This document shows, one piece after another, positions 16,925-25,613 of a stretch of 51,697 nt of DNA (position 1 is its first letter; every line of letters starts with the position of its first letter). Under the pieces are notes generated by a model, which was not told where the DNA came from, searched no databases, and worked only from the letters and a program-made list of their open reading frames with translations. This DNA comes from a virus (lineage: Duplodnaviria > Caudoviricetes). The stretch spans positions 1 through 51,697 of the IMG/VR virus record IMGVR_UViG_3300011336_000274, one strand, 5' to 3'. The position numbers and the translations under genes are program-made.

Positions 16925-17497
16925 ATGAGTGCTATCTCTGCTCCGTTTGGCTTGCGTCCTGCGTTCCACCCTTCTGGTCTGGATCGCGCTGTGGCGCTCG
17001 CTGGCGGTATCGCTTCCGCGTACAACACCGGAATTCTCAAGGGCCAACCGGTGGCTCTTGATACGTCTGGAAACATCATTATTGCTACTGCTGGCAGCGC
17101 CTACCAAGGCGCCTTTGCTGGCCATGAGTACACTGATCTTACTGGCCGTCGTCAAATCAGCAACCAATGGATTGCAAATACTGCATACCAAACTGGTTCT
17201 CAAGTGACCTACTACTACTCTGACCCGCTTATCGTTTACGAAATTCAGGCAAATGGTAGCTTGGCGCAAACGTCTATTGGTGATCAAGCAAACTTTGCAA
17301 GCGCAACCGCTGGTTCCACGACCACGGGCTTGTCGCAGTGCATGATCTCCACTTCGTTGGCTGGTTCAGGTGCCGTTGGTGACATGCGCATCATCGGTTT
17401 GGGTAACGGCGTTGACAACGCTTGGGGTGATGCGTTTACTGTGGTGCAGGTTCAAGTGAGCCGCAGCCAGTTTGTTGCCACCATTAACGCCTTCTAA
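16925..17497 (+). CDS. capsid decoration/cement protein (putative)
   Basis: APFGLRP N-terminus, Ala/Gly/Thr-rich beta protein just upstream of the MCP; strong TAAGGAG SD. Confidence 0.65.
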   Translation: MSAISAPFGLRPAFHPSGLDRAVALAGGIASAYNTGILKGQPVALDTSGNIIIATAGSAYQGAFAGHEYTDLTGRRQISNQWIANTAYQTGSQVTYYYSDPLIVYEIQANGSLAQTSIGDQANFASATAGSTTTGLSQCMISTSLAGSGAVGDMRIIGLGNGVDNAWGDAFTVVQVQVSRSQFVATINAF

Positions 17498-17508
17498 GGA
17501 GCAATAAC

Positions 17509-18423
17509 ATGGCAGCACCAATGAGAAGTACGGACTTCCGAAGCATCGTTGAACCAATTCTGAACGAATGCTTTGATGGAGTCTATGACCAGCGCGCCGA
17601 CGAGTGGTCAAAGGTTTTCCGCGAGGAAGACGGTATCCCACGTAACTACCACGAAGAGCCCGTCCTGTACGGTTTCGGCGCGGCACCCCAACTGCCTGAC
17701 GGCACACCGGTGACGTACCAACAAGGTGGTGTTCTGTTCCTGAAGCGCTACGTCTACAAGGTCTATGGTCTGGCTTTTGCCTTGACCAAGGTCCTCGTGG
17801 AAGATGGCGACCACATCCGTCTGGGTCAGGTGTACGCACGTCACTTGGCACAGTCTCTGGTGGAAACCAAGGAACTGCTGTCCGCCAACGTCCTGAATAC
17901 GGCCTTCAACAGCTCGTATCCCGGCGGCGACGGCGTGTCGTTGATCAACACCTCTCACCCCATTGTGAACGGTGTGTTCAGCAACCAGTTGGCCACCGCC
18001 GCTGTGCTTTCGCAAACCTCCCTTGAGCAGATGCTTATCCAAGTACGCCAAGCTGTAGACAACAACGGCAAGAAAATCCGTTTGGTGCCTAAACAGATGG
18101 TCGTGGCTCCGGGTAACGTCTTCCAGTCGGAAGTGCTGCTGAAGTCGGTCCTGCGCGCAGGCAACGCCAATAACGACGTCAACCCCATCAAGTCCATCGG
18201 CTTGCTGGACGGCGGCGCTACTGTGCTGAGTCGTCTGACCAGTGCCAACGCATGGTGGGTCCAGACCGACGCTCCCGAGGGCCTCAAGCTCTTGATGCGT
18301 CGTCGTCTGGAGAAGACCATGGAAGGCGACTTCGAGACCGACTCGATGCGCTACAAGGCCACTGAGCGTTACGACGTGGGATTTACCGATCCTCGCTGCC
18401 TCTACGGCACGCCGGGTATTTGA
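17509..18423 (+). CDS. major capsid protein
   Basis: 304 aa, strong SD and highly expressed codon style, GFGxAP...YGLAFxLTxxxxED...DFETDSMRYKATERY motifs of Mu gpT-like HK97-fold capsids. Confidence 0.9.
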   Translation: MAAPMRSTDFRSIVEPILNECFDGVYDQRADEWSKVFREEDGIPRNYHEEPVLYGFGAAPQLPDGTPVTYQQGGVLFLKRYVYKVYGLAFALTKVLVEDGDHIRLGQVYARHLAQSLVETKELLSANVLNTAFNSSYPGGDGVSLINTSHPIVNGVFSNQLATAAVLSQTSLEQMLIQVRQAVDNNGKKIRLVPKQMVVAPGNVFQSEVLLKSVLRAGNANNDVNPIKSIGLLDGGATVLSRLTSANAWWVQTDAPEGLKLLMRRRLEKTMEGDFETDSMRYKATERYDVGFTDPRCLYGTPGI

Positions 18424-18452
18424 GCGGACTAGTTAAATAGCCTAGCGGTATG

Positions 18453-18486
18453 GTAAACTCCAAGGTGTAACAACCTTGGAGTTTAC
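18453..18486 (+). promoter_or_regulatory. perfect 14-bp hairpin occluding the SD of the downstream endonuclease gene
   Basis: GTAAACTCCAAGGT / ACCTTGGAGTTTAC; GGAG at 18478-18481, ATG at 18489. Confidence 0.75.
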
Positions 18487-18488
18487 AA

Positions 18489-19157
18489 ATGCCTGAAAAA
18501 TGCCACGTTCATAATTGCACCGTGCAAGCTGTAGCTAAAGGTTTATGCCGAAAGCATTACATGCAACTACAGCGACACGGGGAAGTTGTCGATACTCGCC
18601 CAACAGACTGGGGTCAACGTGAAAAACACTCGGCGTACAAGGCTTGGTGTAATTTGCGTAGAAACCACTTGTTGGACATGGACAAAGATTGGCAGGAAGA
18701 TTTTTGGAAATTTGCTACTGACGTAGGCGATAAGCCGCTTAACTCGACAGCTTTTAGATCAGACAAATCCTTACCTTGGTCCAAAGACAATTTCTACTGG
18801 AAGGAACATGCCGCATCTTCTATCAATCAAAAAGAGTACATGCGAGATTGGCGTAAACAAGCACGTGCAGCTAATCCCGATTACTATTTTGATCAAGACC
18901 TTAAAAAAAATTACGGGGTAACGCTACAGTGGTACGCCGAAACTTTTGCTAAACAAAATTGTGTGTGCGCCATCTGCGCCAAGCCAGAGACAACGCAGAT
19001 ACGCAACAAAACCATAGCAATGGCGGTGGATCACTGTCATACTACGGGTAAGGTCAGGGGGCTACTTTGCACACAATGCAATCGGGCTCTTGGGCTTTTC
19101 GGGGATGACCCCGCAGCACTTCAAGCAGCAATTGGCTACTTGGAGAAATTTAAGTAA
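18489..19157 (+). mobile_element. endonuclease VII-family homing endonuclease gene
   Basis: CAIC...AVDHCHTTGKVRGLLCTQCNRALG motif; N-terminal C-x4-C...GLCxKHY zinc motif; low GC. Confidence 0.9.
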
Positions 19158-19186
19158 CATCGGTCAAACTTTTCAAGGAGCAGACC

Positions 19187-20164
19187 ATGCCATCATTTGC
19201 AGACGATCTATTCCTTGGTACCGCCAACGGCTACCAAGGCACCGGCTTATACGCCACCACCGCAGTATTCACGGGCGCTATTGCATCCACGACCTTGACG
19301 GTTACCCAGATGCTTTCTGGCGACCCAATCATCTTGGGTATGTACGTGGAAGGCACTAGCGTGACCGACGGCACGTACATCACGGCCTTTGGCACCGGCG
19401 CGGGCGGCGCGGGAACCTATACGGTATCGACATCCTCGACGGCTGGTTCGACCACCCTTTACGGCATGGTCCAAGCCTCGTTGCAAAACCCGGCTCCGAT
19501 GCCCCAAGGCGTTGGTCCTCTGGGCCGTGTGTATGTCTGGGACTCCATCCCCCAAACGCTAAACACCGCCGCTATCGCGGCCTCGCAAACGCCTACCGGC
19601 GCGGGTGCTTTGACCTTGACCGCAGGCGCTGGTACTCAGTCTGTTCGCCGCGCTGATGGCGTTACCGTAATCCAGTTGGATTGCCCTCGCGCTGTGAGTG
19701 TGACTACCGGAACGGGCACTACCGTCAGTTCTACGTTTACCGTTGTCGGTTACGACATCTACGGCCAGTCGATGAGCGAGGCCATCGCCTCCGGTGCCGT
19801 GGCATCCCCCACCACTGCGGGCAAGACGGCTTTCTATCAGATCGTCAGCGTAACTGGCACTGGCGGCACTACTTCCACCATCACATGTGGTACCACCGAC
19901 GTGCTTGGTTGCCCCGTTCGTATTCTGGACTTGGCTTACATCATCCACGCGGGCTACAACAACGTGCTGGCTGACAACGCCGGTACCGCAGTAGCAGCCG
20001 TTACGGCCACCGCTACCACGACAACTGGCGATGTACGCGGCACGTTTGTCCCTGCTTCAGCGACCAACGGCGTTCGACGCTTGGTTATGAGCATTGCCCT
20101 GCCAGCCATTGCTACCGGCCCCTATGCGACCCGCACTGGTGCTTACGGCGTAACCCAAGCATAA
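19187..20164 (+). CDS. virion structural protein (head decoration/fibre-like)
   Basis: Thr/Ala/Gly-rich beta protein after the MCP, AAGGAG SD. Confidence 0.65.
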   Translation: MPSFADDLFLGTANGYQGTGLYATTAVFTGAIASTTLTVTQMLSGDPIILGMYVEGTSVTDGTYITAFGTGAGGAGTYTVSTSSTAGSTTLYGMVQASLQNPAPMPQGVGPLGRVYVWDSIPQTLNTAAIAASQTPTGAGALTLTAGAGTQSVRRADGVTVIQLDCPRAVSVTTGTGTTVSSTFTVVGYDIYGQSMSEAIASGAVASPTTAGKTAFYQIVSVTGTGGTTSTITCGTTDVLGCPVRILDLAYIIHAGYNNVLADNAGTAVAAVTATATTTTGDVRGTFVPASATNGVRRLVMSIALPAIATGPYATRTGAYGVTQA

Positions 20165-20175
20165 GGAGCAACATC

Positions 20176-21375
20176 ATGGGCCAATTTAAACCAATGGTGA
20201 AGATGGAAACCACCGAGCCTTCGGTGATCCTGAAGCTGAAAAAGGGTGGCCACGTTTCGTCCGGTAAAGACGAGAACGGCCACACCAACATGAAGGGCAT
20301 GGCTTTCAAGGCCAAGTATTCTGAAGAGGCTTGCGAAGGCGACTCTCCCAAGAAGCCATCCATGTCGGATCGCCGCAAGGCCATGTCCGGCTCTATGATG
20401 AAAAACGGCGGCAAGGCCGAGAAGAAGGCTATGGGCGGCATGATGGGCGCGCCAGCGATGGCTGCACCCATGGCGGCCCCGAGGGGTGCACGTATGGACC
20501 CCCGCAAAGCGGCCATGCTCAAGGCCATGATGTCTCGCAAGGCCGCTATGGGCGCGCCTGCGGCGCCCATGGCCCCTATGGCGGCACCCGGCGGCATGCC
20601 CGCCATGAAAAAGGGCGGTAAGGCTGGTGACAAGGCGCAGGACAAGGCCATGATCATGAAGGCCTTCAAACAGCACGACGCGCAAGAGCACAAAGGTGGT
20701 GACACCAAGCTCAAGCTGGCTACCGGCGGCCTGACCAACCCCATGAAAACGGGCGGTTCTACTAACGCCTTTCAGAACACCAAGACCGTGAAGATGAAGA
20801 CCGCTAAAGGCTACCAAAAGTACGCTGACGGTGGTGCGGTAAGTGGAAATGCCTTGAAAACCGTGAACATGGTTACCACGCCGGGTACTGAAAAGTACGC
20901 TACCGGAGGCGTCGTGAACGGTATGGCCACGGGTGGTCTGACCAACCCCATGAAAAAAGGCGGGAAAGTTAACACCGCAAAAATTGATCCCGGTTACGAG
21001 CGGTATGCCACTGGCGGGCTAACCAATCCGCTGAAAAAAGGCGGTGCCGCAAAAAAGCATTTCGCCACGGGGGGCAGTGTTAGCACTGGCCATGCCGTGG
21101 CAATGCCGAAGCGGCCTGTTTCCCAGCCGGTAAGCACCAATCGTATCGCTGGTACCTTCAAGAAGGGTGGAACGGTTGATTCTGAGATGGTAGACGCCTC
21201 CAAAGGCGCCTACGATAAGGCAATTGGGCCGGGGGAAGACGAGATGGAGATGGCAAAGGCTTTCCGCGACCCAGTGGGAAGCGTAAAGAAATTGCTAGGC
21301 ATTGGCCCCAAGCTAACGGAAAAACAGGTCATCCACACCGGTGGGTACAAAAAAGGCGGCAACGCCAAGTGCTGA
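20176..21375 (+). CDS. basic low-complexity protein with about 15 xxxGG repeats
   Basis: Repeated KKGG/ATGG/ADGG; three ATGGLTNP(M/L)KxGG units; TAAGGAG SD. Confidence 0.8.
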   Translation: MGQFKPMVKMETTEPSVILKLKKGGHVSSGKDENGHTNMKGMAFKAKYSEEACEGDSPKKPSMSDRRKAMSGSMMKNGGKAEKKAMGGMMGAPAMAAPMAAPRGARMDPRKAAMLKAMMSRKAAMGAPAAPMAPMAAPGGMPAMKKGGKAGDKAQDKAMIMKAFKQHDAQEHKGGDTKLKLATGGLTNPMKTGGSTNAFQNTKTVKMKTAKGYQKYADGGAVSGNALKTVNMVTTPGTEKYATGGVVNGMATGGLTNPMKKGGKVNTAKIDPGYERYATGGLTNPLKKGGAAKKHFATGGSVSTGHAVAMPKRPVSQPVSTNRIAGTFKKGGTVDSEMVDASKGAYDKAIGPGEDEMEMAKAFRDPVGSVKKLLGIGPKLTEKQVIHTGGYKKGGNAKC

Positions 21376-21376
21376 T

Positions 21377-21408
21377 AGGTAAGGGGCTTAAAATGCCCCT
21401 TACTTTCA
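21377..21408 (+). terminator. putative intrinsic terminator
   Basis: GTAAGGGGC-ttaaaat-GCCCCTTAC hairpin followed by a short T run directly after the stop codon. Confidence 0.55.
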
Positions 21409-21421
21409 ATTGGAGAACGAT

Positions 21422-21826
21422 ATGGCTGATGCAGTAACGAGTCAAACCCTATTTGATGGCGAGCGCGTGGCCATCATGAAATTCACAAACATCAGTGATG
21501 GCACTGGTGAAACTGCGGTTTTGAAGGTAGATGTTTCGGCACTAACGCCAAGCGGCTCTGGCAAAACTTGTAGCGCGGTAACAGTTACAAAGATTTACAT
21601 TGCCAATCACGGCATGGAAGTCAGAATGTTTTGGGACGCCACAACGGATGTGCCGTTCTTTCTATCGTCGCCCGGAGCAACGCAGACGCTTGATATGAGC
21701 GCTTTTGGGGGCATTACCAACAACGGCGGTACTGGCGTCACTGGTGACATCATGTTCAGCACGGCTGACGCCACCGCAGGTGATTCTTACTGGTGTATCT
21801 TGGAGATGATCAAGGAGTATGCGTAA
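21422..21826 (+). CDS. virion structural protein (MADAVTSQT... family)
   Basis: GGAG SD, ATG 21422; TNISDGTGExAVxKVDVSAL motif. Confidence 0.7.
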   Translation: MADAVTSQTLFDGERVAIMKFTNISDGTGETAVLKVDVSALTPSGSGKTCSAVTVTKIYIANHGMEVRMFWDATTDVPFFLSSPGATQTLDMSAFGGITNNGGTGVTGDIMFSTADATAGDSYWCILEMIKEYA

Positions 21827-22230
21827 TGCATGCCAAATTGAAAGCAGGCGGCTTGTACGCCAACATCCACGCCAAGCAAAAGCGCATTGCCGAGGGCTCG
21901 GATGAGCGCATGCGCAAGCCCGGTAGCAAGGGCGCGCCAACTGCCGAGGCTTTCCGGAAGTCTGCAAAAACCAAGAAGATGGCCGATGGCGGCATTGCCA
22001 GCCTTGGCGGCATGACCTCCAGCACGCCCAACACGCCCACCGTAGCCTCGCGCGATAACAGCCGAGAGCTGCAGCCCCCACAAAAGCCGCTGGGTAACCC
22101 CCAGCAGATGGCCGATGGCGGCTCTAAGGGTGGGGATGGCGAGCAGTTTTATGGGTACAAAAAGGGTGGCCAAGTAACCACCCGGCGCGTGTCTACGGGC
22201 AGCTCGTCCAAGAAATCTTCCAACTGGTGA
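21826..22230 (+). CDS. small basic protein with four xxxGG motifs (GLYANIHAK family)
   Basis: TAATG coupling, AAGGAG upstream; LKAGG, MADGG x2, YKKGG. Confidence 0.7.
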   Translation: MHAKLKAGGLYANIHAKQKRIAEGSDERMRKPGSKGAPTAEAFRKSAKTKKMADGGIASLGGMTSSTPNTPTVASRDNSRELQPPQKPLGNPQQMADGGSKGGDGEQFYGYKKGGQVTTRRVSTGSSSKKSSNW

Positions 22231-22235
22231 AAGCC

Positions 22236-22496
22236 ATGGCGAAGAAGGACAAGACCCCATCCCTAGCCGTAGGCCGAGGCGAGAAGCTGTCCGTTGCCAA
22301 GGGCGCGGGCCTTACCGAAAAGGGGCGCGCCAAGTACAATCGGGAGACGGGCTCGAACCTCAAGGCCCCCCAGCCCAAGGGCGGCGCCCGCAAGGACTCG
22401 TTTTGCGCCCGCATGAGCGGCGTGGTAGAGCATTCCAAGGGTGACGCGCCTCGCGCGAAGGCCTCATTAAAACGCTGGGACTGCCCCGGCTGGTAA
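22236..22496 (+). CDS. small basic phage protein (DUF6321-like)
   Basis: GLTxKGRAKYNRETGSNLKAP...RKxSFCARMSG...W-x-C motif. Confidence 0.7.
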   Translation: MAKKDKTPSLAVGRGEKLSVAKGAGLTEKGRAKYNRETGSNLKAPQPKGGARKDSFCARMSGVVEHSKGDAPRAKASLKRWDCPGW

Positions 22497-22505
22497 GGAA
22501 ACACC

Positions 22506-23579
22506 ATGGCGTACTCCGGCACCGTTGGCCAGACAGTAATCTCCGTCCAAACGCTCATCGACCATGGTGCCCGGCGCTGCGGTAAGCTGGCCGAAGAACT
22601 TACGGTTGAGCAGGTGCAGTCGGCCAAGGAGTCGCTGTTCTTCTTCCTGTCGAACTTGGCCAACCTCGGCATCAACTACTGGGCCATCAACAAGACCGTA
22701 ATCGGCCTCAACGCCAACCAGTACATCTACAGCCTGCCGGTGGGCGCCATAGACGCCCAGAACGTGCTGTACAGGCAGATGAACCGCCCCGTGGGCAGCT
22801 ACACCACCTCAGCAGGCGGCGTGGTGGCCAACGTCTACGACAGCGATACAGGCACCTACTGCCAGCAAACTTCCAGCAACGGCAACATTGCGGTGCTCTA
22901 CGGCACCAACGACCCCCAGTACATCGGCTCCATCGGCTTCTTTCCCTACGTGTCGGGCGGCGGCAGCGCTACGTGGAGCTACGTATTGGAGTATTCCACC
23001 GATGGTTCTACGTGGAACACCTTGGCCACGGGCACCAACGTGGCCGTGTCGGATATGCAGTGGGTGTGGACGGACATCGATCCCGGCCAGAACGTGAACT
23101 ACTACCGCATGCGGGCCACCGGCAACACCACGCTGGCGCTGCGCGAGCTGTACTTTGGCAACAACTCGCGCGAGCTGCAGATGGCCCGCCTAAACCGCGA
23201 CGACTACACCAACCTGCCCAACAAGAACTTTACGGCCAACCAGCCGTTCCAGTATTGGTTTGACCGCACGATCCCCCAGCCCACGATGTACCTGTGGCCA
23301 GTGCCCTCGGACCCGTTCGTCCAGATGACGGTGTGGTACTCCCGCCAGATCATGGACGTGGGCGCCCTGAGCGGCGAGCTGGAAATCCCCCAGCGCTGGT
23401 ACGAGGCCGTGCTGATGAACCTGTCCCACCGGATGAGCCTTGAGCTGCCCGGAGTGCAGCTTGACCGTATAGGCTACCTCGAGAAGATGGCGGCCCAGTA
23501 TTTGAACGATGCCGAGAGCGAAGAAAGAGATAAAAGTCCGATAATGATCAGTCCAAACATAAGTGTTTACACAAGATGA
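22506..23579 (+). CDS. head-tail adaptor/connector-like virion protein with inserted discoidin-like domain
   Basis: Helical N- and C-termini (YxNLPNK...PxQYWFDR...LWPVP), internal LEYSTDGSTW...YYRMR segment. Confidence 0.65.
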   Translation: MAYSGTVGQTVISVQTLIDHGARRCGKLAEELTVEQVQSAKESLFFFLSNLANLGINYWAINKTVIGLNANQYIYSLPVGAIDAQNVLYRQMNRPVGSYTTSAGGVVANVYDSDTGTYCQQTSSNGNIAVLYGTNDPQYIGSIGFFPYVSGGGSATWSYVLEYSTDGSTWNTLATGTNVAVSDMQWVWTDIDPGQNVNYYRMRATGNTTLALRELYFGNNSRELQMARLNRDDYTNLPNKNFTANQPFQYWFDRTIPQPTMYLWPVPSDPFVQMTVWYSRQIMDVGALSGELEIPQRWYEAVLMNLSHRMSLELPGVQLDRIGYLEKMAAQYLNDAESEERDKSPIMISPNISVYTR

Positions 23580-24217
23580 ATCATTACACTTATGCGCATC
23601 AAAAGCCTGATGGAAAAATCTTTTACATTGGTAAAGGGTCGGCTAAACGTGCGCATTCAAGCGCCGGACGCAATTTAATATGGCAACGCACCGTTAAAAA
23701 ATACGGCGGATTTTCGGTTCTGGTACTCGCGGGTTGGCCTACTGAAAAAGAAGCGTTTGAACACGAAATTTTTCTGATAGATACTTTTAGAGGCATGGGT
23801 TACGCGTTGGCAAACATTGCTTTGGGAGGAGAAGGTTCTACTGGTTTTCGCCACACCGAAGCGCACAAATCTGCTTTGACGGAACGTATGCTACGCGCGA
23901 ATCCCATGGATAATCCCGATGTTCGAGAGAAACAACTGGCCAACTTAAAGTTAGCAATGCAACGGCCCGAAGTGCGCAAACGTCAAAGCGTTGCGCGAAA
24001 AGGTATTGCGCTTCCTGAAAGTCACATTTCAAGCCTAAAGCTGTGCCATCCAATGCGCGCTTGCGTGATTAACGGTGTGGAATACGTTTCATTGATGGAA
24101 GCCTCCCGTGCTCTTAAAATACGGCACGGAACATTATTTCGGTGGCTTAACAATCCCGGGGTAGTACACACTGCGCGCTACGCGCACATCGTTGAATGCC
24201 GCTGGAGTAGCCAGTAA
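23576..24217 (+). mobile_element. GIY-YIG-family homing endonuclease gene
   Basis: YTYAH...IFYIGKG...RA...E...LANxxxGGEG; C-terminal HTH (YxSLMEASRAL); low GC. Confidence 0.85.
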
Positions 24218-24564
24218 TGCCCCGTTTCCTTGACACCGAAGGCAATGCTTCCCTAGCCATCGGCGTCTGTGACCGGTGCAAGATGAAGCGCGCGTTTTCC
24301 TCGATGGGCTCGGACCCTAACTTCCCGGGCCTGCGCGTGTGCGACCAAGGCTGCGCGGATCAGCTTGACCCGTACCGGCTTGCCGCGCGCCAGACGGAGC
24401 GGATAAACTTGCGCTTTCCGAGGCCCGATGTCAATATTGACGTGGTGCCGGATGGCATCACGACGGGCGGCACCAACGACTACGTCTTGTCGCCTGAACA
24501 GAACACGCAGACGCCCGAAAACAACGGCAACCTTGATACCCTTAGTCCATCACCGGGGCAATAA
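24217..24564 (+). CDS. conserved virion/neck protein with CxxC...CxxxC motif
   Basis: CDRC...GLRVCDQGCAD...PRPD; TAATG coupling. Confidence 0.7.
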   Translation: MPRFLDTEGNASLAIGVCDRCKMKRAFSSMGSDPNFPGLRVCDQGCADQLDPYRLAARQTERINLRFPRPDVNIDVVPDGITTGGTNDYVLSPEQNTQTPENNGNLDTLSPSPGQ

Positions 24565-25424
24565 TGGCAAACGTAACAATCACCCAACTCCCATCGGCTG
24601 GTGCTATAACAGGCACCGAGTCGGTTCCGATTGTCCAAAATGGCGTCACGGTGCAGACGACTACGGGTGCAATTTCTGCATCTCCGTCGCAGCCCTATAC
24701 CTACCTGACCGTTGCTCAAACACCTCAGTTGGCCAATAGCCGGTACTTTGGCGCAACCAACGGCCTGACAATCACCGATGGCGGTGCGCAGGGGGTGTTT
24801 AATGTCACGACTACAGGCGCTCTTTTGTCGTTGGTGAACTCCAGCACGGGGTTCCAAGTTAAAACTTCCGCAACAGCGATAACAAACAGGCAAATTGATG
24901 TAAATACCGCAAACCTTTCCGTGACCGATGCGGATGGGGTTTCAGGCAATCCAACAATTTCCGTTGCCACCAACCCAATTTTTTCTGGAATTGCAACTGC
25001 AGGGTCTTTTACTGGCGCAGGAACGGGTCTTACAGGCACCGCAGCGGCCCTTTCCATAGGCGGCAATGCTGCCACCGCTACCACCGCCGTAACCGTCCCT
25101 GTGCGCACCACGGTGCTTGCTGACGGAACTTTGGTCACCGTGAACGTGGACACCACGGATTTGGCGGTGCAAACCAACACCCAAACGGCGGGCACGTTGA
25201 CCGTAAACGCACCCACAGGGACGCCCATAAACGGCCAAAAATTCATCCTGCGCCTGCAATGCACCAATGCCCAGACATTCTCTTGGAACGCCATATTTGC
25301 CGGGTCTACGGACCTCATACTGCCAACAGCAACCACCGGGACTTCCAAGTACGACTACGTCGGGTTTATTTACAACTCGACGGCAGTTAAGTGGCAGTTG
25401 CTGGCTAAAGTTTTTGGGTTCTGA
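24564..25424 (+). CDS. tail fibre-like protein
   Basis: MANVTITQLP start, DGVSGNPTI, IGGNAATAT and C-terminal PTGTPxNGQ...YVGFIYN motifs typical of fibres. Confidence 0.7.
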   Translation: MANVTITQLPSAGAITGTESVPIVQNGVTVQTTTGAISASPSQPYTYLTVAQTPQLANSRYFGATNGLTITDGGAQGVFNVTTTGALLSLVNSSTGFQVKTSATAITNRQIDVNTANLSVTDADGVSGNPTISVATNPIFSGIATAGSFTGAGTGLTGTAAALSIGGNAATATTAVTVPVRTTVLADGTLVTVNVDTTDLAVQTNTQTAGTLTVNAPTGTPINGQKFILRLQCTNAQTFSWNAIFAGSTDLILPTATTGTSKYDYVGFIYNSTAVKWQLLAKVFGF

Positions 25425-25425
25425 C

Positions 25426-25611
25426 ATGATCAAGATCGACTTCACCATCAACGGGTTTTCTACCGCCCTGCATCTAGCCGACGACCACAGCCTGACTGAC
25501 ACTGAGATTGAGGCCCTGAAACAGTCAATTTACGATAAGTGGTATGACTACATTACCAACCCTCCGCCCGTGATTGATGAGCCTGTGGTTGATGAGCCTG
25601 TTGAGGAGTAA
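25426..25611 (+). CDS. small acidic fibre-associated chaperone-like protein (61 aa)
   Basis: ATG 25426 directly after the fibre stop; acidic tail. Confidence 0.65.
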   Translation: MIKIDFTINGFSTALHLADDHSLTDTEIEALKQSIYDKWYDYITNPPPVIDEPVVDEPVEE

Positions 25612-25613
25612 TC

